Positions 56,419 through 64,000 of a DNA stretch of 64,000 bases are shown one piece after another. The stretch is taken from the IMG/VR virus record IMGVR_UViG_3300042197_002147, positions 92,712 through 156,711 of that record, one strand, 5' to 3'. Position 1 is the first letter of the stretch. Every line of letters starts with the position of its first letter. The stretch is from a virus. The notes beneath the pieces are model-generated. The model worked only from the letters and a program-made list of their open reading frames with translations, made no database searches and was not told the DNA's origin. A program made the position numbers and the translations under genes.

Positions 56419-57438
56419 ATGCATATTGATAATGAAATCAAACTTGATTATAGCGATGTATTAATTCGCCCAAAGCGTTCGCGGTTGTCTTCGCGGGCTG
56501 AAGTTCGTATCACCCGTGAATTTAAATTTCCACATTCACCACAAACATGGAATGGTATTCCAATTATGGCGGCGAATATGGACACAACGGGAACAATAGA
56601 AATGGCAAATGCATTGTCACAAATGCAAACAATTACATGCCTTCACAAGTACATGACAAAGGAAGAATTGTCAAGACTTAGTACCAAAGACAATGTTGCA
56701 CTGAGCTGTGGATTAGATAATCCTAGCAGAAATTGTCTTGATGGTGGTTTTTCTGATGGCTTCAAATTTATTTGCTTGGATGTCGCAAATGGTTATTCAG
56801 AAAGATTCATTGATCTAGTAAAGGATACAAGAGAAAAATGGAAACATGCAATTATAATAGCAGGAAATGTAGTGACTGCGGAAATGACCGAAGCCTTGAT
56901 TTTGGCTGGAGCGGATATAGTGAAAGTTGGAATTGGCCCTGGCAGCGTTTGCACAACAAGAAAGATAACGGGAGTTGGATATCCACAACTGTCAGCCGTT
57001 ATCGAATGCTCAGACGCAGCCCACGGTCTTGGCGGGCATATCGCAGCAGACGGTGGTTGCACATGTCCGGGAGATGTAGCGAAAGCGTTTGCGGCAGGAG
57101 CAGACTTTGTAATGCTTGGTGGGATGTTAGCAGGCGCCGAAGAATCAGGAGCAGAGAAATCTATAGACTCATCTGGAGTAGTTAAGAAAAAGTTTTATGG
57201 AATGTCATCAAAGGAAGCAATGGATAGATACGCCGGTGGTGTTGCTTCTTATCGTGCAGCAGAAGGAAAGTGTGTAGAAATACCATATACCGGTCCAGTC
57301 CAAGATACTTTGAATGAAATTTTGGGTGGTGTTCGTTCTGCTTGTACTTATGTTGGTGCAAAATCAATCAAAGACTTACCAAAATGCACAACATTTGTTC
57401 GTGTAAATCGTCAGTTAAATAATGTATTTGGAGTATAA
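56419..57438 (+). CDS. guaC: GMP reductase
   Basis: [45 protein letters not shown]. Confidence 0.93.
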   Translation: MHIDNEIKLDYSDVLIRPKRSRLSSRAEVRITREFKFPHSPQTWNGIPIMAANMDTTGTIEMANALSQMQTITCLHKYMTKEELSRLSTKDNVALSCGLDNPSRNCLDGGFSDGFKFICLDVANGYSERFIDLVKDTREKWKHAIIIAGNVVTAEMTEALILAGADIVKVGIGPGSVCTTRKITGVGYPQLSAVIECSDAAHGLGGHIAADGGCTCPGDVAKAFAAGADFVMLGGMLAGAEESGAEKSIDSSGVVKKKFYGMSSKEAMDRYAGGVASYRAAEGKCVEIPYTGPVQDTLNEILGGVRSACTYVGAKSIKDLPKCTTFVRVNRQLNNVFGV

Positions 57439-57440
57439 TT

Positions 57441-57617
57441 ATGAACAGCAATGCAAGAAAACTAAAACTTAAGAGAAGTCGTCGTAACAAGATTCGCAAG
57501 AAGTCTGCACAATTAGAATTGCTAAATGCAAAAAAGAAAACTCTTGAATTTTTGGATAGAGAAGGTAAACTACCAAAGATTGTAAAGACAATGATTCAGC
57601 AAAGAAAAACTGCATGA
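57441..57617 (+). CDS. Small basic protein (58 aa)
   Basis: MNSNARKLKLKRSRRNKIRKK...; GGAG RBS; ATGA overlap. Confidence 0.55.
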   Translation: MNSNARKLKLKRSRRNKIRKKSAQLELLNAKKKTLEFLDREGKLPKIVKTMIQQRKTA

Positions 57618-58156
57618 ATATTTTTGTACTAGATCAAAATCCATCAATTGCTGCAAGCATGATGTGCGATAAGCATGTCGTTAAGATGATTGTTGAATCT
57701 TGTCAATTGTTATCTACTGCTCATCATGTATTAGATGGAAAAGAGATAACTGTAGATACTGGAAAGAGAAAGTATAGAACATATACTTGTTCTCAACCTG
57801 ATATTTGTAAAGCAACAATGATCAATCATCCATGCACAATATGGACGAGAAGTTCAAGAGGAAATTATGCTTGGTTGTGGCGACACGCATATGCCTTATG
57901 TGAGGAATATACTAGTCGTTATACCAAAACGCATTCTATGGAAAAGATGCTAGATGGTCCATTAAATAATATACCACAGAATATTAATTTAGGCGATATT
58001 ACTGATTTTGCTCAAGCAATGCCTGATGCTTATAAAAATCAGGATGCAGTTGCCGCATATCGTGCCTATTATCTAGGCGAAAAGGCAAGATTTGCAAAGT
58101 GGCGTATGGGAAATATCCCAACTTGGTGGTTGACAAACAATGAAGTTGTGATATAA
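57614..58156 (+). CDS. Pyrimidine-dimer DNA glycosylase-like (DenV family)
   Basis: MNIF.LD, DKHVVKM..E..Q.L, NHPC..W, QAMPD.YK...AYR.YY. Confidence 0.8.
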   Translation: MNIFVLDQNPSIAASMMCDKHVVKMIVESCQLLSTAHHVLDGKEITVDTGKRKYRTYTCSQPDICKATMINHPCTIWTRSSRGNYAWLWRHAYALCEEYTSRYTKTHSMEKMLDGPLNNIPQNINLGDITDFAQAMPDAYKNQDAVAAYRAYYLGEKARFAKWRMGNIPTWWLTNNEVVI

Positions 58157-58157
58157 T
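58130..58157 (+). promoter_or_regulatory. sigma70-type promoter
   Basis: TTGACA-16-TATAAT. Confidence 0.7.
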
Positions 58158-58160
58158 TAT

Positions 58161-58330
58161 CGGACGCACCTGACGGAGAGCAATTATGATTAATTGAATA
58201 TGAATTTTTATATCAATAGTATATTTTATTAACAAAATTGCCCCAACAACCAAAACTGGGTAGGTCTAGGAATTTAGGATTGTCCAAAGACCGAGATTAA
58301 AATCCCGGCGTACTGCGAACCCGTCCACTC
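58161..58330 (+). ncRNA. Candidate structured RNA preceding tRNA-Lys
   Basis: GGACG/CGTCC closing pair, GCAATT/AATTGC and GGTC/GACC stems, no ORF. Confidence 0.4.
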
Positions 58331-58338
58331 GCAAATTT

Positions 58339-58411
58339 GCCTCTATAGCTCAGCTGGTAGAGCATTCGGCTTTTAACCGATAGGTCGTAGGTTCGATCCC
58401 TACTGGAGGCA
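58339..58411 (+). tRNA. tRNA-Lys(TTT)
   Basis: TCGG-CTTTTAA-CCGA arm. Confidence 0.94.
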
Positions 58412-58428
58412 TTAAAAAGTGAATAGTT

Positions 58429-58500
58429 GCCGCCTTAGCTCAACGGTAGAGCAATGCTTTTGTAAAGCATAGGTTACAGGTTCGAATCCAGTAGGCGGCT
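58429..58500 (+). tRNA. tRNA-Thr(TGT)
   Basis: ATGCT-TTTGTAA-AGCAT arm. Confidence 0.93.
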
Positions 58501-58522
58501 TCGAAAAATCTGACAAAGGGTA

Positions 58523-58551
58523 TTGACAAACAATCAAAACTTTGTTAGAAT
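58523..58551 (+). promoter_or_regulatory. sigma70-type promoter
   Basis: TTGACA-17-TAGAAT with extended -10. Confidence 0.7.
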
Positions 58552-58638
58552 AGGGACATAGTGATCGGGACTGAAACGCAACTCGCAGTTTCCGATGGTA
58601 ACAAAAGGAGTGCAAAACAGTTTGAGGAAATAGTTAGT

Positions 58639-58905
58639 ATGAGCAACAGCAATCTTAGCAAGCAGCGTCAGGTCATTAATCATCTTTACCGTGGTTGGGG
58701 CATTGATGCCCGTGAGGCTCGCACCAAGTACGGTGTCAAGAACCTTCGCGCAACCATGTCTTCCATCCGTGATCTCGTTGAGCGTTACGGCAACTGGGAG
58801 ATCGTGACCGACTCTAGCGGTCGTTACTTCATGGCGGACACTCATCCGGGTGATCGCGCTTACAAGTTCCGCAAGGACGGTTCGCGTTTCCTGATGAACG
58901 CCTGA
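58639..58905 (+). CDS. Winged-HTH protein
   Basis: SKQ.QV..HL..G..I...EA...YGV.NLRA..S.IR. Confidence 0.7.
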   Translation: MSNSNLSKQRQVINHLYRGWGIDAREARTKYGVKNLRATMSSIRDLVERYGNWEIVTDSSGRYFMADTHPGDRAYKFRKDGSRFLMNA

Positions 58906-58926
58906 AAAACTTGCTAACCTAATTTG

Positions 58927-58965
58927 CAGGGAAGTTTTCCGAAAGGAATCTTCCCTGTTTTCTTT
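58927..58965 (+). terminator. Intrinsic terminator
   Basis: CAGGGAAG..TTCC-GAAA-GGAA..CTTCCCTG plus T-rich tail. Confidence 0.7.
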
Positions 58966-59328
58966 ATGAAGAATTTTCTTTCTTATGCGTATCCACTTTG
59001 TCTAGAAATTCCTAGACAAAAGAAACATGTTAGCCTTGTTGTCTACAAGGGTAGAGTTATCTCAGTTGGCAGAAATTTGTTCAAGACACATCCTCGAGCC
59101 AAAGAGATCGGATATCCATTTGAAGAAATGCACTCGGAGCTTGATGCTTTCCGAAAGATACCGAAGGCACTACGGAGTTCGAAGTTGGATCTCATTAACA
59201 TTCGCTATAATAAGTTTGGCGTAATGCGTATGTCTCGCCCATGCGAACTCTGTATGCCTTGGTGTAGGGAAGTTTTCGACAGAATTTACTATACAACAGA
59301 CGATGGAATCGTTAGACTAGAGGACTAA
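58966..59328 (+). CDS. Cytidine/dCMP deaminase-superfamily protein
   Basis: ISVGRN, HSE, SRPCELC. Confidence 0.75.
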   Translation: MKNFLSYAYPLCLEIPRQKKHVSLVVYKGRVISVGRNLFKTHPRAKEIGYPFEEMHSELDAFRKIPKALRSSKLDLINIRYNKFGVMRMSRPCELCMPWCREVFDRIYYTTDDGIVRLED

Positions 59329-59591
59329 TGTACAGACTTTTCATTGATTTTCCAATTGCAGCGATGACAAATGAGGAAGCAAGTGCCATTGCAAATGGCA
59401 TTGTGCAGGCTTGTGTTGAGTCCAATAAGGATAAGCTTATCGGACTTTCACTAGAACAGGTAAATTATCGTCTTGGTCACGATGAGGATCGGCAACCTAG
59501 AAACTATCTAATTTTAGATGCCGCAGGACATGCCGCTACGAAAAAGAGCAGAATTTACTTGAAAAATCCGCTTGACACGGAAACAGATTAA
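59328..59591 (+). CDS. Hypothetical protein
   Basis: TAATG overlap. Confidence 0.6.
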   Translation: MYRLFIDFPIAAMTNEEASAIANGIVQACVESNKDKLIGLSLEQVNYRLGHDEDRQPRNYLILDAAGHAATKKSRIYLKNPLDTETD

Positions 59592-59600
59592 CGGTATACT
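59572..59600 (+). promoter_or_regulatory. sigma70-type promoter for tRNA-Ile(UAU)
   Basis: TTGACA-17-TATACT. Confidence 0.75.
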
Positions 59601-59613
59601 TATAGGACAACTT

Positions 59614-59685
59614 GCGCGGTGGGCGGACGGTTTTCGCAGGCCGACTTATAATCGGTTCAATCAGGTTCGATTCCTGGACCGCGTA
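59614..59685 (+). tRNA. tRNA-Ile(TAT)
   Basis: GCCGA-CTTATAA-TCGGT arm; GCGCGGT/ACCGCGT acceptor; TCAGG-TTCGATT-CCTGG. Confidence 0.85.
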
Positions 59686-59688
59686 TTT

Positions 59689-59883
59689 ATGGCAAAACGC
59701 ATCATTGACAGCATTGACATGGAAGCAGAGCGTGAAGGATTCTTTGTTCGCAAGCACAACGCAACCATTTGCAAGCCATTTGGTTGGAACAAGGGAATTA
59801 TGAAGCAACGCAAAATGATCAAGGACGGCGAGAAGCGGGTGGAATGCAAGACGATTAAGTTTCGCTTTGAAAGGGCAAACTAA
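59689..59883 (+). CDS. Hypothetical protein
   Basis: ORF after the tRNA. Confidence 0.55.
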   Translation: MAKRIIDSIDMEAEREGFFVRKHNATICKPFGWNKGIMKQRKMIKDGEKRVECKTIKFRFERAN

Positions 59884-59884
59884 T

Positions 59885-60109
59885 ATGACTACGATGATTT
59901 GTTACTGCGACAAGTGCAAGAAGCAAATTCCTCAGGCTCGTCTTGAGGCACTTCCGAATGCAACTACTTGCGTTCGGTGTTCGGATGCGAAACCGATGGT
60001 CGGTTTCATGGATTGGTATCACAAGACTGCGCCAGAACTTGTGATGGTTTCGTCTGGCGATTCAGAGAATCTGCGTAGGGCAAAGCGTATCAATGCCCGC
60101 GCTCGTTAA
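59885..60109 (+). CDS. TraR/DksA-type C4 zinc-finger protein
   Basis: CDKC...IP.ARLEALP...TCV.C. Confidence 0.8.
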   Translation: MTTMICYCDKCKKQIPQARLEALPNATTCVRCSDAKPMVGFMDWYHKTAPELVMVSSGDSENLRRAKRINARAR

Positions 60110-60119
60110 AAGGAAAAAA

Positions 60120-60458
60120 ATGCTTACAAAGGATTTCTACGACGGAGTTGTTAAGGGTTTTTGTTTTGGTCTTTCGGCGGTTACTGCCTTCACCGGCATT
60201 CTTGCTAGCGCAGGACTAATTCCATCACTTTCGTTGCTACACGGAACAAATCTCCTTGTTACTTCAATTGTGTTTTACAGCATTCCGGCAGTGATGGACC
60301 GTGTTGAAAATCACTTCTCACCCAAGCCCAAGACGCTTGACCTTGATGCTATTTTTAGCAGCAAGTCTCAGGCACCTCATGGTGTCGGCGGCGACAATTA
60401 CAAGCCGGCAAAGAAGAAGCGCACAGTAACTAAGAAGATGGCACTTCGCAAGAAGTGA
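60120..60458 (+). CDS. Membrane protein
   Basis: Two TM segments, basic tail. Confidence 0.6.
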   Translation: MLTKDFYDGVVKGFCFGLSAVTAFTGILASAGLIPSLSLLHGTNLLVTSIVFYSIPAVMDRVENHFSPKPKTLDLDAIFSSKSQAPHGVGGDNYKPAKKKRTVTKKMALRKK

Positions 60459-60459
60459 G

Positions 60460-60487
60460 TTGACAAAATTCAGAAAGAGAGTACAAT
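60460..60487 (+). promoter_or_regulatory. sigma70-type promoter (leaderless)
   Basis: TTGACA-16-TACAAT, ATG at 60494. Confidence 0.65.
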
Positions 60488-60493
60488 ACACAC

Positions 60494-60697
60494 ATGAACA
60501 TTGATAACGCTACACTTGGTTGGGTTCTTTTTGGAGTCGCATCGTTTGTTGGCTTTGTTGTTTATGCAAAGCATTGGGTTTGCGAAAAGATTCGCAAGAA
60601 TTATGAAGCTCTTGAGCAGAATCAGCGTTGGTACGACACCGACATTCGTGAAATTACCAATCGCCTTGATGTGCTAGAAGGCAAGAAGAACAACTAA
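60494..60697 (+). CDS. Small membrane protein
   Basis: N-terminal TM plus coiled coil. Confidence 0.6.
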   Translation: MNIDNATLGWVLFGVASFVGFVVYAKHWVCEKIRKNYEALEQNQRWYDTDIREITNRLDVLEGKKNN

Positions 60698-60706
60698 ACA
60701 AAAACC

Positions 60707-60780
60707 GCACCCATAGATTAACTGGCTAAATCCCCGCCCTTTCAAGGCGGTGAGTCGGGGTTCGAGTCCCCGTGGGTGTA
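60707..60780 (+). tRNA. tRNA-Glu(TTC)
   Basis: CCGCC-CTTTCAA-GGCGG arm. Confidence 0.93.
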
Positions 60781-60785
60781 TTAAA

Positions 60786-61100
60786 ATGCAAAATCTAGAA
60801 CAAATTCTCGAAAACACCACTCTTGTTGATTCGTTTAGAAGTAGATACGGCGACAACCGTGATGTTTACGAATGCAACATTCAAAAAGGCACATTTTATC
60901 TGTTGGGGAAAAGCAGATATTATCGTGTAGGCGGCAACAAAGATGATGTCGAATACATTGACTTCGAGGGTGGTCCTTTTGTAATGAACAATGATGCCTT
61001 TATGGGAGACAAAAGATCGTTTCCAAAGATCACAGATTTATCTGTGGTGCCACTTGAAACAGAAGGTATTTTCTGCGTAAAGTTCAAAGCAAATAGTTAG
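60786..61100 (+). CDS. Hypothetical phage protein
   Basis: SRYGD...YYRVG...IDFEGGPF. Confidence 0.65.
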   Translation: MQNLEQILENTTLVDSFRSRYGDNRDVYECNIQKGTFYLLGKSRYYRVGGNKDDVEYIDFEGGPFVMNNDAFMGDKRSFPKITDLSVVPLETEGIFCVKFKANS

Positions 61101-61123
61101 TATAAATATCTCTAGGAGAAAAT

Positions 61124-61645
61124 ATGAAAACTCTTAGAGATATTTTACAATACCTGGCACTAAACGAATATTGGAATTATCAATACCAAAAACCAAAAGT
61201 AGATCCACAAAAAATGGCTGCTGTTGATATCACAAGAGAACGCAGAATGGAACACGCTAAAAAGACTCACGCTAGCATTATGAAATCGGTAGAAAACGAT
61301 GATAGTATTGCAGTTGTTTCCCATGCGGAAGAACCAAAACTTGAGTCCGAAAAAGGAGATGCCTATTTAATGAAACACCAATGGGGTGGAGACATGGAAC
61401 CATCATTAATGTATGTCACTCCAAAAGGAAAGGCACATAAGGTAGAGAGATTGGATCCAAGTCCAAGTGGATTTATTAGTGTTTGGGCTCACGGACATAG
61501 TGGCCGCGGAGCAAGAAAACCTGTAGGGCATATTCTTGCAACATTTGGACATCAAGAAGAAATGGGTCTAACAATTCCAAAATCAAAACACTTGACAAAG
61601 GCCACTCGTAGTGGTAAAAAGTACAATATGAAAGTAGAACTATAA
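61124..61645 (+). CDS. Late protein with CTS-like N-terminus
   Basis: TATAAATA at 61101, AGGAG RBS, MKTLRDILQYLALNE. Confidence 0.65.
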   Translation: MKTLRDILQYLALNEYWNYQYQKPKVDPQKMAAVDITRERRMEHAKKTHASIMKSVENDDSIAVVSHAEEPKLESEKGDAYLMKHQWGGDMEPSLMYVTPKGKAHKVERLDPSPSGFISVWAHGHSGRGARKPVGHILATFGHQEEMGLTIPKSKHLTKATRSGKKYNMKVEL

Positions 61646-62038
61646 GGGGGCGAAACGGTTTCGATAGCATAAGTAAATATTAGAAAGCACAGCGAAGAAG
61701 ATTGCAGGCTTCGTAAAAAGCAATCAAACCATAACTGCCAATAACAATAACTATATGGCAATTGCTGCTTGAGTAACAGCGAAAAGTGTACTAGCGATTA
61801 CGCTATCCATGCGGGCTAGGACCGTCAGAAAGCATAGGAAAGGTACTCCGATAACTTTCCATGACTCAATTCGGATAGGATTGTGAAAGGGTTAGTAAAC
61901 AGTCCGAAATTCATACTGAACTCGACCTGTGGGAAAGAAAGTGTCTTTGATTTCCCCACTTGTACAAACAAAGACTAACTGTGTAGGGTTCTTATAAATA
62001 CATATGTCTACACGGGGGTTCGACTCCCCCCGCCTCCA
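61646..62038 (+). ncRNA. ssrA: tmRNA (tag ANNNNYMAIAA)
   Basis: GGGGGCG...CGCCTCCA acceptor with G3:U70, GGTTTCGA 5' motif, T-arm, tag ORF 61737-61772 after ATAACT. Confidence 0.93.
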
Positions 62039-62052
62039 TTAAAGGATTGTAT

Positions 62053-62286
62053 ATGCCAAAGAAACAAGAAAAATTGTATTTCGCAAAAACTGAATTAGAT
62101 GGAAGATGCATTAGTATGTTGCTTACAGAAAAAGAAATAGTAAAAGCATCAGAACGCGCATTAGATGAAAAGAACGCCGATTTTGTAGGCGACAACATGA
62201 TCGGTTCATGTTGGCCAATCCAAAAACCACCACCATGTTCTATATGGGATAGGTTTATGGGTCGTTGTAATTGTACTAAGGAGTAA
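62053..62286 (+). CDS. Hypothetical protein
   Basis: AAGGA RBS. Confidence 0.55.
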   Translation: MPKKQEKLYFAKTELDGRCISMLLTEKEIVKASERALDEKNADFVGDNMIGSCWPIQKPPPCSIWDRFMGRCNCTKE

Positions 62287-62288
62287 TT

Positions 62289-62609
62289 ATGTCAAATGTG
62301 AAAATTGTTCGTTTATTGAGTGGTGAAGAAATTATTGGTAATGTTGAGATTGTTGATGTTGGAGTAAAGATCAAGAATCCAACCATTCTTATCCCGACAC
62401 CGGAAGGCAAACTTATGTTTGCAAAGTGGATGCCGTATGCCGATACTTCAGAAGGCATTGTGCTAGAAAACAAAAATATAATGTTTACTCTCAACGCACA
62501 GAAAGATCTAGAGGATCATTTTGTATCGGTTGTAGTAAATGGTCTACTTGTTCCTGGCAAGAAGGTAGTGGAACCAGTAAGTGGTTCCAATCTAAAACTC
62601 ACAGTTTAA
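62289..62609 (+). CDS. Conserved T4-like Sm-like-fold protein
   Basis: VKIVRL.SGEEIIG...IKNP...W.PY. Confidence 0.7.
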   Translation: MSNVKIVRLLSGEEIIGNVEIVDVGVKIKNPTILIPTPEGKLMFAKWMPYADTSEGIVLENKNIMFTLNAQKDLEDHFVSVVVNGLLVPGKKVVEPVSGSNLKLTV

Positions 62610-62612
62610 AAC

Positions 62613-62640
62613 TTGACAGATAGCGTATATCTGTTATAAT
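62613..62640 (+). promoter_or_regulatory. sigma70-type promoter
   Basis: TTGACA-16-TATAAT. Confidence 0.7.
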
Positions 62641-62651
62641 AACTGAGTTAA

Positions 62652-62725
62652 GTTCCCGTAGCTCAGTTGGATAGAGCATTCGCCTTCTAAGCGAATGGTC
62701 AGTGGTTCGAATCCACTCGGGAACG
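62652..62725 (+). tRNA. tRNA-Arg(TCT)
   Basis: TTCGC-CTTCTAA-GCGAA arm. Confidence 0.95.
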
Positions 62726-62741
62726 CTTTAAGGAGATTTAT

Positions 62742-63032
62742 ATGAAGAATGCATTTGTAACACTTTCTACTGCTTCGGTTCTTTCTTCTGTTTTGGCAAT
62801 TGTTGCAACAGCAACACATCATCCTGTTATTTCTAATGTTTTTCTGTGTGTAACAGCAGCAATAACTTCATTTATCTGCTGGCAGTTTGCTTGCAAAACT
62901 AAGTCTTGTGCAGAGAAGCGTCTTGATGAAGTAAGTCAAGAGCGTGATATGGAAGCACTATGGCGAGAACTAGACAAGGTTCACGAAAGAATTTCAGAGT
63001 GCAGCTCTCGTTGCACTGTAGGGAAAAAGTGA
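62742..63032 (+). CDS. Membrane protein
   Basis: Two TM segments plus coiled coil; AGGAG RBS. Confidence 0.6.
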   Translation: MKNAFVTLSTASVLSSVLAIVATATHHPVISNVFLCVTAAITSFICWQFACKTKSCAEKRLDEVSQERDMEALWRELDKVHERISECSSRCTVGKK

Positions 63033-63053
63033 TAATTTAATAAATATAGGCAA

Positions 63054-63281
63054 ATGTATGAAGTTACTTTTGCCTATAACTTTGAAGCACATAAAGGAAA
63101 GCCAAAAAGAGAAATAGAAAAACTTAGTGGCTGTAAAGTAAAGAGTTACGGAGTCGTCAAAGATTCCGTAACTCTTTTTATTTTATGTGAAGATAAAAAT
63201 TCTTTAAATTTGTGTCAAAAAATTATAAAGGAAAAATACAATATAAATCCCCAAAAAATAAACAAGTTATCTAAATGGTAA
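63054..63281 (+). CDS. Hypothetical protein
   Basis: ATAAATA upstream. Confidence 0.55.
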   Translation: MYEVTFAYNFEAHKGKPKREIEKLSGCKVKSYGVVKDSVTLFILCEDKNSLNLCQKIIKEKYNINPQKINKLSKW

Positions 63282-64000
63282 ACTTGAAATATTCAATTGA
63301 GGTTGTGTTCTTACATTTAATTGTAATTGTGCAAGTAATCTATTTTGTTGTTCTACTATTTGAGTTAATACATCTGTATTTGTAAATTCTTCTTGTTCAG
63401 CGACTGAACATTCTTCATTTGCAGTAAATAATACACTATTTGTTCCTTGTTGACGCAATTGACATTGACTGTTTGTATTATTAGAAGTACATGAAACTAC
63501 TACTCCATTTTCAATAGTCTGACACGATCCAATTACTTCATCTGTAATATCAACATCAATTACTGATTCATTTATTTTATGAATATAAAGACCTATGAAT
63601 GTTTTAGATGTTGTCCTATTTTCTTCTGTAATGTCTCCAAAAACTTTTACAACTTCTTTTCCTTCACTGTCTATTGAATAATCAATTACTTCGAATTTAT
63701 TTTGCTTTGCTTGAATTTGTATATAATCACCAACTTTTATACCCAAATAACTAAATGAATTTTTACTATTTTTTCCTAAATTATTAACAATGTTTGTTAT
63801 GGGTGTTGTCTTTACTGGTTCTATAATGTTATTAAATATAAAATTAGGTAAAGCTACGAAATCTGTTTTGTTGTATAGATTTAAATTTTCTGATATATTT
63901 TCAATTGAAACAACATCTGCAAAAATTAAAGAATCTTCAAAATTGGTAAATTGATATATTCCAGATAGGTCGTTTTTTGTTTTTTCATTTGAGTTTACTA
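63267..64000 (-). CDS. Hypothetical protein, 5' end outside window
   Basis: Frame stays open from the window end to 63267. Confidence 0.55.
   Translation of the reverse strand, partial: VNSNEKTKNDLSGIYQFTNFEDSLIFADVVSIENISENLNLYNKTDFVALPNFIFNNIIEPVKTTPITNIVNNLGKNSKNSFSYLGIKVGDYIQIQAKQNKFEVIDYSIDSEGKEVVKVFGDITEENRTTSKTFIGLYIHKINESVIDVDITDEVIGSCQTIENGVVVSCTSNNTNSQCQLRQQGTNSVLFTANEECSVAEQEEFTNTDVLTQIVEQQNRLLAQLQLNVRTQPQLNISSLPFR

Overview
Segment of a large T4-like (myovirus) phage genome; no host genes, CRISPR array or reverse transcriptase were recognised. 1-15.4 kb (+) is a replication and nucleotide module: a split B-family DNA polymerase (gp43A 842-2320, gp43B 6798-7913) interrupted by 4.5 kb of tRNAs and modification enzymes, then UvsX, gp41 helicase, gp61 primase, ThyX, class II RNR and a RuvC-like resolvase. 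15.4-38.9 kb (mostly minus strand, AT-rich, TATAAATA late promoters) is a late module. Many of its proteins start with a T4 capsid-targeting-like MK(S/T/K)FxQ(Y/H)(L/I)xE peptide or are built from modules bounded by (L/I)xE sites resembling prohead-protease cut sites. These include a PT-TG pre-toxin protein, a lysozyme, a metallopeptidase, and a family of precursors carrying cationic amphipathic helices plus Pro-rich tails, which is the best candidate for an undescribed system. Two PEP-CTERM-like genes suggest a Planctomycetes/Phycisphaerae-like host. 38.9-51.6 kb is a sharply GC-richer block of probable early genes with leaderless sigma70 promoters, repeated operator-like motifs, a divergent VWA / MoxR-AAA pair, an extremely acidic protein, a kinase and GP88. 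51.6-64 kb holds more CTS-like genes, guaC, a DenV-like glycosylase, a TraR-like protein, tRNAs including Ile(UAU), and a tmRNA. In total 11 tRNAs, 1 tmRNA and 3 candidate unassigned structured RNAs were found. All family calls come from motif recognition by eye; no searches were run.
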